Below, piece after piece: positions 7,021-8,239 of a DNA stretch of 8,239 nucleotides. The notes beneath the pieces were generated by a model. The model was given only the letters and a program-made list of their open reading frames with translations. It searched no databases and had not been told where the DNA came from. The translations under genes were made by a program, and so were the position numbers. Origin of the DNA: a virus (lineage: Duplodnaviria > Heunggongvirae > Uroviricota > Caudoviricetes); the IMG/VR virus record IMGVR_UViG_3300014921_000099, positions 1 to 8,239 of that record. The stretch is one strand, 5' to 3'. Within the stretch, counting starts at the first letter, position 1, and each line of letters begins with the position of its first letter.

Positions 7021-7202
7021 ACTAGAAAGCCTGAGTCTGGTGCAATACCGAATTCAGGCTATGGTAACCGCTTACTATCATGTTTGATTTTAAGGAGGCT
7101 GCTTAGAGAAGCGATTTTAACGTTCTTAAGATGAATAACACATAGCTGACGCAAATGTTGTTTGCATTATGCAACATTTATTTATGGGGTATTTCAACCG
7201 AT

Positions 7203-7580
7203 TTAAGCTTTTACTCGGCCTTTAACTCCCGCCATTAGACTATGCTTTCCTTCTAAATCTACGTCAGATGTCCATATTGTGTAATTGCGGCTCTTGCGGC
7301 TAGAGGCAACAATCTTACTCTTAATTTCTCTTGGGGACATGTTCTTTGCTTGAGCTACAAGCACATAGTCTTTGGATGCTTTCTCTACCGCTTTCAATAA
7401 ATTTTCTGTGAGGATTTGTCCGTTGTTACGGCATCTACGAGTATTAAATCGTACAGCAAAATTCAGCGCATCCAGATAATCAGTGCGGATAGTTTCTTCT
7501 TTGAGCATCTGTTGCACGAATTTGCGGGCAGTTTTCGATTTCCCCAATTGTTTCACTACTGCTTGCTTACCGGGCTTCAT
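7203..7580 (-). CDS. Hypothetical small basic protein (125 aa, about a quarter Lys/Arg); possible nucleic-acid-binding protein
   Basis: ORF with a consensus AGGAGG RBS 5 nt upstream of the ATG. Lies 68 nt downstream of, and co-directional with, the 196-aa gene. About 40% GC. No family recognised from the sequence. Confidence 0.65.
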   Translation of the reverse strand: MKPGKQAVVKQLGKSKTARKFVQQMLKEETIRTDYLDALNFAVRFNTRRCRNNGQILTENLLKAVEKASKDYVLVAQAKNMSPREIKSKIVASSRKSRNYTIWTSDVDLEGKHSLMAGVKGRVKA

Positions 7581-7585
7581 ATGTT

Positions 7586-7591
7586 CCTCCT
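7586..7591 (-). promoter_or_regulatory. Ribosome-binding site of the 125-aa gene
   Basis: Minus-strand AGGAGG (plus-strand CCTCCT at 7586-7591) followed by 5 nt and the ATG at 7578-7580. Confidence 0.6.
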
Positions 7592-7648
7592 AACATTCTA
7601 CTAATAAATATTTTATCATAATAGTTCATAAAACACTCAACACAAATA

Positions 7649-8239
7649 TCAGATCAGTTTTGTCAAGAGCTTAGCGCGGGGCAAATTATTTCGCTTCACT
7701 CGAGCTTTGTCTGCAGCATTCAGTGAATAACCAAAAGATTCATATCTTTCAATGAGCTGCTTGTCAGGCCGACTAATATTGACCTGTCTGATACCATATG
7801 CATCAGCGAAACTCTCTGCAATGATTAGCGCAATTGGCATGACGAAACCTTTCAATGGATGATCATATGGATTTCCTTCGAGATATCTAAGTGTTATGCA
7901 GAGCCGTTTTTTAGAACGTCGACCAAGCATCAACCCGCAAAGAAAATCGCGGCATCGAATACTCACATCAATGCGTTTGGTCTGATTACGCCTTTCTTGG
8001 TTCCAGTTGATGTCAATGTAATGCCGTTTTTCTGGAAGACGCCACTCCCTGCTAGCCTCATCTGAGTCTTCATAATAGATGTGACCCAATTTGATTTCAT
8101 TAACCGGCAATCGGTTACCAAACCTTGTAGCAATAGAAAGCATAGCATCTGCGATTGCCTCAGAATAGATTAACTCATGGGTTAGCTCTTCAGTGGGACG
8201 AACTATGCTTGCTTGTACTGACTCCATATCCACTACCAT
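7649..8239 (-). CDS. Hypothetical protein (196 aa or more); N-terminus may extend beyond the window edge
   Basis: Long minus-strand ORF ending at a TGA at 7649-7651. The window ends exactly at the reverse complement of an ATG, so the true start is uncertain. About 40-42% GC. No family recognised with confidence. Confidence 0.6.
   Translation of the reverse strand: MVVDMESVQASIVRPTEELTHELIYSEAIADAMLSIATRFGNRLPVNEIKLGHIYYEDSDEASREWRLPEKRHYIDINWNQERRNQTKRIDVSIRCRDFLCGLMLGRRSKKRLCITLRYLEGNPYDHPLKGFVMPIALIIAESFADAYGIRQVNISRPDKQLIERYESFGYSLNAADKARVKRNNLPRAKLLTKLI

Noticed and set aside
7028-7060. Possible stem-loop AGCCTGA ... TCAGGCT
   Set aside because: Only a 7-bp stem with a 19-nt loop and no adjacent T-tract. 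Too weak to call a terminator or structured RNA.
7090-7150. RBS-like TAAGGAGG at 7090-7097 and a short 'ATGAATAAC...' ORF resembling the start of tfa' (MNN...)
   Set aside because: No ATG at usable spacing from the RBS. The MNN ORF stops after 4 codons, and the resemblance to a tfa start is too short to distinguish from chance.
7661-7666. Perfect minus-strand TTGACA (-35-like hexamer) near the 3' end of the 196-aa gene, as a promoter for the 125-aa gene
   Set aside because: No acceptable -10 hexamer at 16-18 bp spacing downstream of it. A promoter for the 125-aa gene may exist in the AT-rich 7592-7648 gap (for example TATGAT), but I could not pin down a convincing -35/-10 pair, so none is annotated.
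7416-8148. ORFs 7416-7604 (+), 7859-8065 (+) and 7963-8148 (-)
   Set aside because: Antisense or alternative-frame ORFs within the 125-aa and 196-aa minus-strand genes. No start signals.
1-8239. CRISPR arrays, tRNA/rRNA genes, integrase or att sites
   Set aside because: No regularly spaced direct repeats, no tRNA-like sequence and no tyrosine-integrase-like ORF were seen. The only recombinase is the serine invertase remnant.

Overview
This window is the distal tail module of a Mu/e14-like prophage, followed by low-GC accessory DNA. Positions 1-3040 (GC-rich, about 60% by eye) carry translationally coupled baseplate genes: a central spike (gpV / Mu gp45-like), a GP46-family protein, a baseplate J-like protein and a gpI/DUF2313-like protein. 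Positions ~3019-4900 form a Gin/Pin/Hin-type invertible tail-fibre switch: two inverted crossover sites flank a ~1.9 kb segment holding the variable fibre C-terminus plus chaperone on the + strand and a promoterless alternate cassette on the - strand. The invertase gene that should drive the switch (4956-5162) is a truncated, mutated remnant. Directly after it sits a ~1.4 kb AT-rich insert (about 30% GC) with one well-signalled gene for a 377-aa protein, whose N-terminal domain looks to me like a permuted NlpC/P60-type Cys/His hydrolase. This is the strongest candidate for an undescribed accessory or defence function. It is followed by a decayed second copy of the alternate fibre cassette with a crossover-site remnant, then a two-gene minus-strand module of unknown function (196 aa and a basic 125 aa protein). 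No rRNA, tRNA or CRISPR array was seen. All homology calls come from reading the translations, not from database searches, and GC values are hand counts on sampled 60-nt stretches.
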